A DNA stretch of 64,000 nt, taken from contig DASXRG010000136.1 in assembly GCA_036506735.1 (NCBI GenBank), positions 17,654 to 81,653 on the forward strand, written 5' to 3'. The stretch comes from Candidatus Binatia bacterium. GTDB taxonomy: Bacteria > Desulfobacterota > Binatia > UBA9968. Position 1 is the stretch's first letter. Each line of letters opens with the position of its first letter. This document shows, in pieces, positions 38,301-48,356 of the stretch. The position numbers were made by a program, and so were the translations under genes. The notes under the pieces are model-generated. The model saw only the letters and a list, made by a program, of their open reading frames with translations, had not been told where the DNA came from and did no database searches.

Positions 38301-39263
38301 TTATAACCTCCCCAACTCTTTTAGGACTTCCTCAGCGATTGAAGTGTCCGCCACCTGTTCCAAAGCGACGGTCTTCGGCAATCCCGCCTTTCTTTCTATC
38401 TCCAAGAGGTTCTCCACTCCGGCGGTATCGACGCGGCCGTCCCGGCTGAAAGCGTTGACCACGACTTCGTAGGACTCGCGCGCCATCGCCTCGTCCATCG
38501 CGAAGCGCTTGCGAATCACTTCGGTAGAACTCGCCCGCTCTTCGCGCAGGTGCCTCAACGCCTCCACCTCGGACTTCAAAACCCTTTTCACCTGCGAGCG
38601 GTTCTGCTTGATTTTTTCGACGGTCGCGGAGAGCCCCGCCAACGGGATCGAGACGACATCGGCGGTATTCGCCAGCAGAGGGAAACCCTCGCGCTTCATT
38701 AAAATCGAAAACGGCGGCGCGACCAGAATTGCGTCCACGCGCTTTGCCTTGAAGGCCTCGACGACGAACTTCTCCTCGCCGATCGCGAGAAACTTGACGT
38801 CACGATCGGGATCGAGGCCGAAGTGCTGCAGCAGCAGCCGGCCGCTGATCTGGTTGGTGCCGCCGAGACTGGTGACGCCGACTACGCGCCCTTTCAGCTC
38901 TTTGACGCTTTTGATCGATGGATAGACGATGAGACTGAAAAACGGCGCCTTGATGCTGGTCGAAAAGGCGCGCACCGGAGCGCCCCTGGCCGCCGAGCGG
39001 ATCGCCGAGCCGAAGACTTCCGCATAATCCGCGTCGCCGCTGACCAGCGCCGCGATGTTGACCGCCGGGCGCGCCTGCACCAGCTCGGCGCTCAAACCGT
39101 TCTTGGCGTAAAGGCCGCGATCTTTGGCGATGAAGGCGGCGAGAAACGAGAGCGAGTTGTTGGCGTAGGTGATGCGGATTTTTTCCTGCGCGTGGGCCGA
39201 ACAAACCGCGAGCAGAAGGACGAGGAGAAAACTCGCCGCATACCCAATCCCTTGTCGCTTCAT
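38301..39263 (-). CDS. NitT/TauT-family ABC substrate-binding protein
   Basis: Signal peptide, ELKGRVVGVTSLGG. Confidence 0.88.
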   Translation of the reverse strand: MKRQGIGYAASFLLVLLLAVCSAHAQEKIRITYANNSLSFLAAFIAKDRGLYAKNGLSAELVQARPAVNIAALVSGDADYAEVFGSAIRSAARGAPVRAFSTSIKAPFFSLIVYPSIKSVKELKGRVVGVTSLGGTNQISGRLLLQHFGLDPDRDVKFLAIGEEKFVVEAFKAKRVDAILVAPPFSILMKREGFPLLANTADVVSIPLAGLSATVEKIKQNRSQVKRVLKSEVEALRHLREERASSTEVIRKRFAMDEAMARESYEVVVNAFSRDGRVDTAGVENLLEIERKAGLPKTVALEQVADTSIAEEVLKELGRL

Positions 39264-39303
39264 GATTTTTTTTCACCCGGAACTTGGAACTCGGAACTCG
39301 AAA

Positions 39304-40290
39304 CTATTTTTTTCCGTACAGGCGATCGATATAACCGCTCTTTTTGATCTCCTCCATGAGACTCGTATCGATGAAATCCTTGGCCTGAGGATTGCGGTCC
39401 TTCGAGGTCAAAATCGAATCCAACGCCGCCTGGATGCCCTTCAACTCGGGTATCGGATACTCGCGCAGACTGCCCGCAAGCCTGGCGTAAACTTCTTTGG
39501 CGGCTTGTGGATCGTCGACACCCTCCTGTTTCATAGCCGCGAGCGGCACCTCCGGCCGGGTTTTGAAGACGTGGATTCCGTCGATGTAGGACTCCAGTAG
39601 TTTTCGCAAGGTCTCCCGCCGCGTTTGGAGAACGGATACGGGAGCGACGATGCCGAAGCGCGCATAATCCAACGGCAGCTCTGAAAGATCCGCCAGCACT
39701 CGGCAACACTTCGTGGCCAGCACCTTGTAAACTTGCTCGGGACTCACCAGCGCCCCCTCGACGTGGCCGCCGACCAGCGCGGTGATTCGCGTCGGCGTAT
39801 TGCCCGACTGCAGAATCGTCACGTCCTTCTCGGGATTGAGCTTCAAGAAGCGCAGCGCCAGTCTCGTCGTTACGTCGGAGGCCGAGCCGAACCGGCTGAT
39901 CGCGATGCGCTTGCCTTTGAGATCATCCGCCGTCTTGACGTTGCTGCGCACGACGAGATAGTGCTCCAGCCGGTTGATCGTGACCGCGATCACTCTTACA
40001 TCCAGGATGCCGGCTACCTTTGGACTGAGCTGTGCGGGCACATCGGAATCGGTGACAATAACGTCCCCCGCTATCATCGCCTGCGACATGATGCTGCCGC
40101 TGTTGAAATAGATGGGCTTCACATCCAGGCCGCGCTTCTGCCAGAGTCTCTCCCGCTCGATCACGAGGCGCAGTGTGCCGCTCACGCCGGTGCCGCTGTA
40201 GCCCATATTGATCGTCTCAGCTCGAATCGTCTGCGGGGAAAATACCGCCGCTGACACCATCGCCAAAACCAACGCAACGCGTCGCATCAA
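39304..40290 (-). CDS. NitT/TauT-family ABC substrate-binding protein
   Basis: Signal peptide, DLKGKRIAISRFGSASD, KSGYIDRLY. Confidence 0.88.
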   Translation of the reverse strand: MMRRVALVLAMVSAAVFSPQTIRAETINMGYSGTGVSGTLRLVIERERLWQKRGLDVKPIYFNSGSIMSQAMIAGDVIVTDSDVPAQLSPKVAGILDVRVIAVTINRLEHYLVVRSNVKTADDLKGKRIAISRFGSASDVTTRLALRFLKLNPEKDVTILQSGNTPTRITALVGGHVEGALVSPEQVYKVLATKCCRVLADLSELPLDYARFGIVAPVSVLQTRRETLRKLLESYIDGIHVFKTRPEVPLAAMKQEGVDDPQAAKEVYARLAGSLREYPIPELKGIQAALDSILTSKDRNPQAKDFIDTSLMEEIKKSGYIDRLYGKK

Positions 40291-40325
40291 AGTTTTACCC
40301 GCCCTTTCTTAAAGCCATTGGATTG

Positions 40326-41252
40326 TCAGCTCCGCCGCCTGCGAGCGCGCCACTTTCGCAGCAGCCACACGAGAAGCAGGATCGCGATGAAAACCGGCGC
40401 GAGCCACACCCAACCTTTTACGAATCGCACCGCCGAGTAGACCGGACTGCTATCGACCGTTACAGTTTTGGTGAAAACGGGAAGTTCCCTTCTTTCCTCA
40501 CTGTCGCTTCCGGGCACCTTGGTGCTCACCGTCACCGTGAGCAGCAACGACTGGGGTCCCGATCGCAGCGGCGTCACGTCCCAAATCCACGGGACCGGTC
40601 CCTCGCCTTGCAACATTCTTTCCTCGTCGTTCAAAGGGGTAATGTCGAAGCCGTCTCCCGATAGACGCGCCCGGATAGAGCTGCCGGCCGTGATCTCGTC
40701 CGCGTCCGTGATGCCGGATTCTTTCAGCGTCTTGGTAAAATCGTCGGCCAGCTCGTCCGGCACGCGCGCCTGGATCTTCTCCTTAATGCCGGCCCTCATG
40801 CGCTCGGGAGCATCGAAAACGACGCGCGCGCCGGCCATTTTTTCCAGCTGATCGCGCGCGATCAGCGCGGACAGCCGGGGACCGCCGGGCGACGGCGGCG
40901 GGGGCGTTTTCCGCGCGGGAGGAGATGTTTTCGCGGGCGGGTTCGCGCTCTGGGACGTGCCGGTCTGGGTTGCGCTCTTGCTCTCCGCCGTGCTCCTGGT
41001 TTTCGGCAGCCCTGCATCCGGGACATTAGCGGCAACGCGCACGGCGGGCTCGGGACAGACCGCCGGTTTGCACGCCGTTCCCGAGGGAGCATTCCGAACC
41101 GGCGGGCCGGCGAATGCCATTGGACTTTGACTCGGGAATTGAAGCTTGCAGGCGGAGCCCAGAGCCACGACCGCGAGAACCGACAGCGGCAGGATAAATA
41201 AGAATAACTTTTTTCTCCCCGCCGCGGGAGAGTTGGCCTTGCGCAATTTCAT
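40326..41252 (-). CDS. Hypothetical envelope protein: signal/anchor, Pro-rich linker, beta-rich domain, C-terminal TM
   Basis: Hydrophobic N-terminus ending in GSAC, PPPPSP linker, WIWDVTP, C-terminal TM followed by RKWRARRRRS. Confidence 0.7.
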   Translation of the reverse strand: MKLRKANSPAAGRKKLFLFILPLSVLAVVALGSACKLQFPSQSPMAFAGPPVRNAPSGTACKPAVCPEPAVRVAANVPDAGLPKTRSTAESKSATQTGTSQSANPPAKTSPPARKTPPPPSPGGPRLSALIARDQLEKMAGARVVFDAPERMRAGIKEKIQARVPDELADDFTKTLKESGITDADEITAGSSIRARLSGDGFDITPLNDEERMLQGEGPVPWIWDVTPLRSGPQSLLLTVTVSTKVPGSDSEERRELPVFTKTVTVDSSPVYSAVRFVKGWVWLAPVFIAILLLVWLLRKWRARRRRS

Positions 41253-41434
41253 GAACTCGACTGCTATTGTATGCGGAATCGCGCCCTAAACCAAAGCGCG
41301 CGACCGCTTTTTATTATCATTCGGTCGTTGGGCTTGCAAAGAGAGAGCGCGCGCCGCTCGCCCGCTCAACGGGGGGTACTTGCAAAAGATCTCCTCGGAG
41401 CTAAGCTTTACAAAGTCCCTAGAGGTGGAGAATT

Positions 41435-42013
41435 ATGATGCAAAGGCCGAGCGTTTTCATAGTCGGTTTCTCTATTCTGCTGGCAGGCTGTTCGGTAAGT
41501 ACTCAGGTCACGAACACCTCTCGTTCCGCTATCGAACAACGGCTGCTCGTTGGCTCATTGGAGCGTGCGCTGGACGCGCGCGATATCGAGCAATTCAAAG
41601 GCAAAACCGTCGGCGTTGATTTCTATGGCCTGACCGGTGACAAGGAATTTGCGCGGGAATTTTTCACCGCGTGGCTGCAAGAACACCGAGCGCGGGTCAC
41701 TCCAGACCCCCAAAAGGCGGAGTTGCGGCTCAAAGTTTTTGCCTCCGCCCTCGGAGTCGACAAAGGTCAATCTTTCTTCGGCCTTCCGGTTCTCACGGTC
41801 CCGGTCATAGGCGTCACCGTGCCTGAGATCGCTCTGTATAAATCCGTGAGGTACCGCGGACGCGCGGACGTTCAAATCTACACGTTGGATGCCGCGAACG
41901 GAGAGTTCGTCGAAAAGAGCCCGGAGAGAGCCGGCGAGACGAAGTACGACGACTACACGATCCTCGTCTTTATCAACTACACTCGCAGCGACCTGGACGA
42001 CCAAGACAGGTAA
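41435..42013 (+). CDS. Hypothetical lipoprotein
   Basis: LAGC lipobox, RSAIEQRL motif, GGAG RBS. Confidence 0.8.
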   Translation: MMQRPSVFIVGFSILLAGCSVSTQVTNTSRSAIEQRLLVGSLERALDARDIEQFKGKTVGVDFYGLTGDKEFAREFFTAWLQEHRARVTPDPQKAELRLKVFASALGVDKGQSFFGLPVLTVPVIGVTVPEIALYKSVRYRGRADVQIYTLDAANGEFVEKSPERAGETKYDDYTILVFINYTRSDLDDQDR

Positions 42014-42116
42014 CGGCGCCCAACGCTTCGCACTTCGCTTGCGGGAATCCCGCGCATTTCCGCCTGTTGCTATTCACCGCGACGCTCCTCTATGATCCGG
42101 TTCAAAGGAGACGGCC

Positions 42117-44303
42117 ATGGCCAACACGGTTGCGGCGGGCGGACTCAAAATAGACGAACAGTTGTTTCGCCTCGTGCGGGACGAGATCGCGCCGGGCACG
42201 GGCGTGGACGCCGATGATTTTTGGCGCTCGTTCGGCGCGATCGTGCGCGACCTGGGTCCGAAAAACCGCGCGCTGTTGGAAAAACGGGACGAGCTGCAAA
42301 AACAAATCGACGAGTGGCATCTTGCCCGCAAAGACCGGCCGTTCGATCTCAAAGAGTATAAGTCGTTTCTCAAAGAGATCGGCTATCTCGTCCCTGAGGG
42401 AAAAGATTTTCAGGCGGCAACCGCCGGCGTCGATCCGGAAATCACCGAGATCGCCGGCGCGCAATTGGTCGTGCCGCTCGATAACGCGCGCTACGCGCTC
42501 AACGCCGCCAATGCGCGCTGGGGAAGTTTGTACGACGCGCTTTACGGCACCAACGTGATTCCAGAAGACGGCGGCGCCGAGAAGGGCGAGAGCTACAACC
42601 CGCGGCGCGGCGCCAAAGTCATCGCCTACACCGAGGAGTTCTTGGACAAAGTGATCGGTCTCGAGCGCGGAAGCTTTTCGGACGCGGCGCGATTTTCTCT
42701 GAAAGACGCCGGCGGCAAGAAACAACTCGCGGCGACGATGAAGAACGGCGCGACGGCGGGACTCGCGGACCCGGGCAAATTTGCCGGCTATGTGGAAAAA
42801 GCGGGCGAGTTGACGAGTATTCTGCTGCGCAACAACAACTCGCACATCGAGATTCAGATCGATCGCAGCCACCCGATCGGCAAAACCCACGCGGCGGGCG
42901 TGAAGGACGTGGTCCTGGAATCGGCGATCACGACGATCGAAGACTGCGAGGACGCCGTGGCGGCCGTCGATGCCGCCGACAAGGTGACGGTCTATCGCCA
43001 CTGGTGCGGCATCATGAAAGGCACGCTCGAAGCGAGGTTCGAAAAAAACGGCCGGCCGCTCAACCGCGCGCTGAATCCGGATCGTATTTTCACGACGCCG
43101 GCCGGCGGGAAGCTCACCTTGCCGGGAAGAAGCTTGCTGCTCGTGCGCAACGTCGGCATCCACATGTACACCGACGCCGTGACGACGGAGGACGGCAGGG
43201 AGGTTCCCGAGGGATTTCTCGACGCGATGGTGACGGTGCTGGCGGCGCTACACGACCTCAAAGGAAAAAACCGAGGCGCCAACAGCCGCGCGGGGAGCAT
43301 TTACATCGTCAAGCCTAAACAGCACGGCCCGGAAGAAGTCGCCGCGACCGTCGAACTCTTCGAGCGGGTGGAAGACGCGCTCGGCTTGAAGCGCAACACT
43401 CTCAAGATCGGCATCATGGATGAAGAGCGGCGCACGACGGTGAACTTGAAGGAATGCATCCGCGCGGCCCGCGAGCGCGTGGTTTTCATCAACACCGGAT
43501 TTTTGGATCGCACCGGCGACGAAATTCATACGAGCATGGAATTGGGCGCGATGCTGCCGAAGGAAGAGATCAAAGCACAGCCGTGGATCAAGGCCTACGA
43601 AGATTGGAACGTGGACATCGGCATCGAGACCGGACTGCCGGGCAAAGCGCAGATCGGCAAGGGCATGTGGACGGCGCCCGACGAGATGCGCGAGATGGTG
43701 CAGACCAAGATCGCCCATCCCCAGGCCGGCGCGAACACCGCCTGGGTGCCGTCGCCGACCGCGGCGACCCTGCATGCGCTGCACTATCATTATGTCAATG
43801 TCGCCAAGCGCCAGGCGGAGCTGGCGAAAAGGGGCCGCGCGAGTCTGGATAACATTCTCACACCACCGTTGTTAGACCGGAAATTGAAGCCGGAGGAGAT
43901 CCAGCGCGATCTCGACAACAACGCGCAAGGGATCCTCGGCTACGTCGTGCGCTGGGTCGATCAGGGCATCGGCTGCTCCAAAGTGCCCAACATCCACGAC
44001 GTCGCGCTGATGGAAGACCGTGCGACGCTGAGAATCTCGAGCCAGCACATCGCCAACTGGCTACACCACGGAATTGTCACGAAGGAGCAGGTCATCGAGA
44101 CGCTGAAACGCATGGCGAAAGTCGTCGATCGGCAAAACGCCGGCGACCGCAACTACCGCAACATGGCGCCCGATTATGATAAGAGCATCGCGTTTCAGGC
44201 GGCGCTCGATTTGGTTTTCAAAGGCCGCGCAGCCCCGAACGGCTACACCGAGCCGGTGCTTCACGCCCGGCGTAGGGAAGTGAAGGCGGTGAAGCGAACG
44301 TGA
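42117..44303 (+). CDS. glcB: Malate synthase G
   Basis: [63 protein letters not shown]. Confidence 0.98.
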   Translation: MANTVAAGGLKIDEQLFRLVRDEIAPGTGVDADDFWRSFGAIVRDLGPKNRALLEKRDELQKQIDEWHLARKDRPFDLKEYKSFLKEIGYLVPEGKDFQAATAGVDPEITEIAGAQLVVPLDNARYALNAANARWGSLYDALYGTNVIPEDGGAEKGESYNPRRGAKVIAYTEEFLDKVIGLERGSFSDAARFSLKDAGGKKQLAATMKNGATAGLADPGKFAGYVEKAGELTSILLRNNNSHIEIQIDRSHPIGKTHAAGVKDVVLESAITTIEDCEDAVAAVDAADKVTVYRHWCGIMKGTLEARFEKNGRPLNRALNPDRIFTTPAGGKLTLPGRSLLLVRNVGIHMYTDAVTTEDGREVPEGFLDAMVTVLAALHDLKGKNRGANSRAGSIYIVKPKQHGPEEVAATVELFERVEDALGLKRNTLKIGIMDEERRTTVNLKECIRAARERVVFINTGFLDRTGDEIHTSMELGAMLPKEEIKAQPWIKAYEDWNVDIGIETGLPGKAQIGKGMWTAPDEMREMVQTKIAHPQAGANTAWVPSPTAATLHALHYHYVNVAKRQAELAKRGRASLDNILTPPLLDRKLKPEEIQRDLDNNAQGILGYVVRWVDQGIGCSKVPNIHDVALMEDRATLRISSQHIANWLHHGIVTKEQVIETLKRMAKVVDRQNAGDRNYRNMAPDYDKSIAFQAALDLVFKGRAAPNGYTEPVLHARRREVKAVKRT

Positions 44304-44368
44304 TTACTTTATTCGGGTAAATACCGGATACAAGTTTAAGCCGGCTTGGCGGATAATCGGTAGATGCC

Positions 44369-44737
44369 ATGGCCAGCCGGACCCAATGGACGATCGCGAT
44401 CCGTTGCCATCTATGCCATGGAAAATTCGCTCTGCGCCATCTGGAACTGGATAGCGTTTTCATCTCTCCGCTGACCACTTTCTGCCCGCATTGTCATACC
44501 CAGCTGCACGTCACGTCGGGACCGAACAACGCCCGGTACGCTTACTTGCAACGGGTCGACCTCAGAGAAGAAACAGAATCGATCTACAGAAAAACCAGCG
44601 GCAGCTACGTTTGGCACTTTTCCGAGGATTGTTCTCGCTGGCCCACAGACGCCTACGTGCAGATGGAAATCCAGCCTGACGTCGGCGAGATCTGCGGCGA
44701 GTGCAAAACCAAACAACGAAGAATGAGGGTTCACTAA
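44369..44737 (+). CDS. Small Cys-rich hypothetical protein with two putative Zn-binding modules
   Basis: CHLC...CPHC, then WHFSEDCSRWP...CGECK. Confidence 0.65.
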   Translation: MASRTQWTIAIRCHLCHGKFALRHLELDSVFISPLTTFCPHCHTQLHVTSGPNNARYAYLQRVDLREETESIYRKTSGSYVWHFSEDCSRWPTDAYVQMEIQPDVGEICGECKTKQRRMRVH

Positions 44738-44749
44738 CTCCGCGGCTGC

Positions 44750-45265
44750 TCAGGACCTTGTCCCAAGAACATCCTTGGTCAATAACACCGCCACCGGCCG
44801 GTTCGAGTCTTCCGCCAAGATCCAGGCGTTCTTGAAAGTCCAATCGATGTCTTCCACGCTGCGCAGGACGTAGTGCCGGACGCCTAAAGCATCCAAGACG
44901 GGTATCGTCGCGGTTCCGACTCTGGCGAAGCCCCGATCGCCGATATCGCCCGCGTAATAAATAACCAGAAGCATCGGCAGCTCGAGTTGTATCCCCGTCG
45001 TCACGATGCCGTTGCAGCTGTTGAGCAGCCCCGCATTCTGCATGAGCATCGCCGGCTTTTTTCCGACCAAGCGGGCGCCGGCGCAAATCCCTATTCCCTC
45101 TTCCTCACGGCACAGAGGGACGTGGATGATCTCTGCGTCGCGCTCGAGGGCGTCGATGAGATCGAGGCAGTTGATATCCGGAAGGCTCGCAACGAGATTG
45201 ACCCCGGCTTTTTTCGCGCCGTCCAGGATCGCCCGAGCCCTGGCTTTTGCGTCCATCTCAGTCAC
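44750..45265 (-). CDS. comD: Sulfopyruvate decarboxylase alpha subunit-like (ThDP PYR domain)
   Basis: ASLPD, REEEGIGICAGA, MQNAGL. Confidence 0.75.
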   Translation of the reverse strand: MTEMDAKARARAILDGAKKAGVNLVASLPDINCLDLIDALERDAEIIHVPLCREEEGIGICAGARLVGKKPAMLMQNAGLLNSCNGIVTTGIQLELPMLLVIYYAGDIGDRGFARVGTATIPVLDALGVRHYVLRSVEDIDWTFKNAWILAEDSNRPVAVLLTKDVLGTRS

Positions 45266-46290
45266 TGGTAAAGCCGCGCGATCCAGCCGCTCTTGTCGAG
45301 TTCTTCCACGAAGCTGGTGTCGACAAAAGCCGCCGGATCGGCGCCCCTCGCTTCGGGCATCGACGACTCGGCAAAAGAGTCGAGAATCGCCTTGACCCCG
45401 TTTTGCGTCGGGTACGGTGCCCTGGACAGATAGCGCAGCGCGTACACGCGATACGTCTCCTCCAAAACCTCGGGATTCTGCGTCTTCGTGTATTTCTGAA
45501 TAATTTTGAGTGAGAACGTCTTGTCGATCTTAAAGCGATGGATCGCCTCGGTGAGGGAACGAATAAATTGGCCGACCGTTTCCTTGCGCTCGCGAATGAA
45601 GCGCCGCGTGGTTCCGTAGCAGGTGCTGGCGTACTCGATGCCCGTCGAGCCGGCGTCCATGAATTCCCGGAAGCCGAGCGTCTGCGCGGTGATGTTCGAA
45701 GGTGGAGAGAAGACGCCGCCGTCGAGCAGCCCCGACTTCATGCTCGCCAATATTTCCGGATAGCCGCCCATCGGGCGAACGACAACGTCCCGGCTCGGGT
45801 CGAGACCGGATCGTCTTAGTAGAGTGCGCAAAGTAAAATCCGAAAGGCTCCCCAGCGTGGTGACACCGAATCTTTTTCCCTTGAGGTCTTTCGGCTCCTT
45901 CATGTCCGCAAGTGTCATCAGCGAGAAGACCAAAGTGTTGTAAGTGGTCGCAATCAGCACGGCGTCCTTGGCCCCATTGAGATTCGCGGCGACCAGGGCG
46001 TTTCCTCCCGTGCCGATTACCTGCAACTGGTTTGAAAGAAGGGCCGCCATCGAACGCGGGCCGCCGGTAAGATAGACGAGATCTACGTCGAGCCCGTGCT
46101 TGCGGAAGATTCCGGTTTCCTTCGCGATCCACAAAACCGCCTGGGCCCCGCTGATCGAAGGATAACTGATCGTCAAATGATTGAGCTTGCCCTCCTGGGC
46201 AAACCCGAAAGCGCGCGCCAAAACGACCGCCGCCAAGACCAGTCCGCACGACGTGACTTTCCTCAAAGATTCACTCAACCTTTCTTCCAA
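45262..46290 (-). CDS. NitT/TauT-family ABC substrate-binding protein
   Basis: WIAKETGIFRKHGL, DLKGKRFGVT, KSGWIARLY. Confidence 0.88.
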   Translation of the reverse strand: MEERLSESLRKVTSCGLVLAAVVLARAFGFAQEGKLNHLTISYPSISGAQAVLWIAKETGIFRKHGLDVDLVYLTGGPRSMAALLSNQLQVIGTGGNALVAANLNGAKDAVLIATTYNTLVFSLMTLADMKEPKDLKGKRFGVTTLGSLSDFTLRTLLRRSGLDPSRDVVVRPMGGYPEILASMKSGLLDGGVFSPPSNITAQTLGFREFMDAGSTGIEYASTCYGTTRRFIRERKETVGQFIRSLTEAIHRFKIDKTFSLKIIQKYTKTQNPEVLEETYRVYALRYLSRAPYPTQNGVKAILDSFAESSMPEARGADPAAFVDTSFVEELDKSGWIARLYQ

Positions 46291-46904
46291 CTCCCGGGAA
46301 TGCGCGCCTGGAGGATCGGAATGCCTTCGGTCTGTTCGATGTGGCGAGTGAAACGATATTTGTTTTCAACGTCAGGCCAGGGCCACGGCGGCACCTCTCC
46401 CCGCCCCGGCGCTACTTTGGCGCAGATGAAGGTGTGTTCCCAGCGCGCCAACGCGTCGCTGAAGAGCTTTTTGAATTCATCCACGGAAGCGGCGCCAAAT
46501 GCGTTCTTGATGCCGACGCCCCTCGCCACGGCGACAAAATCGACGCCCTCCGCGGTTGCGGTCTTCGTTCCGCCCGAAGATTCATAGACACCGTTGTCGA
46601 ACACAACATGGATCAAGTTTTTCGGGTTCTTTCGCATGATCGTCGGCAGACCGCACAAGTTCATCAAAAGCGAGCCGTCGCCGTCGAGCGCGATCACTCT
46701 CCGCTGAGGCAAACCGAGAGCCATTCCCAAAGCGATCGAAGAGGTGAGCCCGAGAGTCCAACAGCGCAGGTTCCCATCGCTCGGACGATAGGCGTTCCAC
46801 TCGGACGACGTGCCACCGACGCAGACCACCACGAGCGCGTCGCCGACCGATCCGGCGATTTCTTTAAGACACTCGTGCCGTTTCACCAGGGTGACCCATA
46901 CCAA
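46275..46904 (-). CDS. comE: Sulfopyruvate decarboxylase beta subunit-like (ThDP-binding domain)
   Basis: LDGDGSLLMN...FDNGVYESSGG ThDP motif; start uncertain. Confidence 0.75.
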   Translation of the reverse strand: MVWVTLVKRHECLKEIAGSVGDALVVVCVGGTSSEWNAYRPSDGNLRCWTLGLTSSIALGMALGLPQRRVIALDGDGSLLMNLCGLPTIMRKNPKNLIHVVFDNGVYESSGGTKTATAEGVDFVAVARGVGIKNAFGAASVDEFKKLFSDALARWEHTFICAKVAPGRGEVPPWPWPDVENKYRFTRHIEQTEGIPILQARIPGSWKKG

Positions 46905-47014
46905 CGTTCCGACTACGCGTCAAGTTTCAGTCTCAAACGATCGTCGTTCTTGAAGCCGTGGAGCTTATTTTATAAGAAGGGTACGGAACGAGACGATCGC
47001 AGGAAGGATCGGCG

Positions 47015-47173
47015 ATGGACGTACGAGCCGCAGCCGCATTCGCGCCGGGGAAGCCTCTTAAAGTCGAAACCGTACAACTCGACGGGCCGAAAGAAGGCGA
47101 GGTCCTGGTCGAGATCAAGGCGACCGGAGTGTGCCACACGGACGAGTTCACGCGCTCGGGCGCTGATTCGGAG
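47015..47173 (+). pseudogene. frmA: Truncated 5' fragment (53 codons) of frmA/adhC
   Basis: 44/53 aa identical to the N-terminus of 51965..53074; similarity stops abruptly at 47173. Confidence 0.9.
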
Positions 47174-47633
47174 AGAAGAGCCGATGGGCGCCGCCGCGGT
47201 CGTAGGTGATGCTGCGAACTTCCTTGCGGTTGGCCCGCAGGCGCTGGTCGATTTGTTGGAAGCTGGTGAGAACGCCGGATTGGTCGCTCGCCTCGACCAG
47301 AAGCAGGACCGGCGCTTTAATCGAGTCCAGCCGCTCGGTCAACTCTTGCACCTCTCGTCCCACGGGGGCGAGGAGACCGAGCGCTTTCAAATCGTTCCGC
47401 CCCAGCGCAACCGACAACGATAACGCCCCTCCGCGAGAAAAGCCTACGAGCGCGATTCGCGACGCGTCGATGTCCGCCAGCGTCTTGACGTGATCGATCG
47501 AGCGGGCGATCTGCTGTTTGTGACGCGGCTGCATTTCCGGCCCGCCTTTGCGAATCGGGGCGAAGACGAAGAAACCATCGGCAGCGAAGGCCTCACGGAT
47601 GGCTTTGAGGTTGTAGCCATCCTCCGCCGCTCC
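47174..47633 (-). pseudogene. Dienelactone-hydrolase-like alpha/beta hydrolase remnant truncated at both ends
   Basis: GFFVFAPIR, GFSRGG, GGAHRLF; frame stays open back to the upstream gene's stop and lacks the family N-terminus; C-terminus runs into the frmA fragment. Confidence 0.7.
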
Positions 47634-48356
47634 TCAACTTCCCGCCTTGATGAAAACGACGCTGCGCCCGTCCGGCGATAATCCAGGCTGGACGCAGCTT
47701 ACGCCGTCACACGCGCTGATGTTCTGCGGCGCGGCGTTGCCGCGTCGAAGGTAAACCTCGGTCCATTCTATATTGCGCGAGAGACCGCGCTTGGTTTCGG
47801 TCTTGGTATAAACGACCGTGTCGCCGTACACCCGTTCCTGGCCGCGGATTTGCGCCAGCATGCGGCGCTGCTCGTCCGACTTGGCGTCATACGGCAACGG
47901 CGTAACTCCGCCGCTCTTCAGCGACACCACCGCCAGCGGCGCGCCTTTGGCGCCGTTCTCCATTAGCAGCACGGCCTCGTCCGGACTCTTGCCGTCGAAT
48001 CCTACCAGCTTGAGCGCGCCCGGGACTTTTTGCACGCCCACGGCTTTGCCGCCTTCGGAAGGAATCCGAACGATCGTGTCGCCCTTGAGGGCGTAGACGG
48101 CTCGATCCGCCGGCGAGAAGACGGGCGCGCGGTAACCGCCGTCGGTCGTCAACGCTCTTACCGTCCCCCGGTCCAGGCTCGCGATCCAGACGTTTCCCGT
48201 GTCGATCTCATCGCCCGGTCCGCGCATCTGCCCGGGCGCCGCGGTCAGCCCCGAAACCCGCAGCAGGCGGTTGACGAGCGATTCCGTGGCGGCGCCGACA
48301 GGAACCGCCAGCGCCAGCAATAGCATCACGCGCGCCAACCGCCGTGGACCGATCAC
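47634..48356 (-). CDS. Exported TolB/PD40-like beta-rich protein
   Basis: GTG 48356 overlaps the upstream TGA; signal peptide; APVFSPAD and QPGLSPDGRSVVFI motifs. Confidence 0.75.
   Translation of the reverse strand: MIGPRRLARVMLLLALAVPVGAATESLVNRLLRVSGLTAAPGQMRGPGDEIDTGNVWIASLDRGTVRALTTDGGYRAPVFSPADRAVYALKGDTIVRIPSEGGKAVGVQKVPGALKLVGFDGKSPDEAVLLMENGAKGAPLAVVSLKSGGVTPLPYDAKSDEQRRMLAQIRGQERVYGDTVVYTKTETKRGLSRNIEWTEVYLRRGNAAPQNISACDGVSCVQPGLSPDGRSVVFIKAGS

Noticed and set aside
29756-46904. Coenzyme M pathway linking the ComDE-like and epoxyalkane:CoM-transferase-like genes
   Set aside because: The genes are about 14 kb apart, no other CoM biosynthesis or alkene monooxygenase genes are present, and both families have many unrelated paralogs
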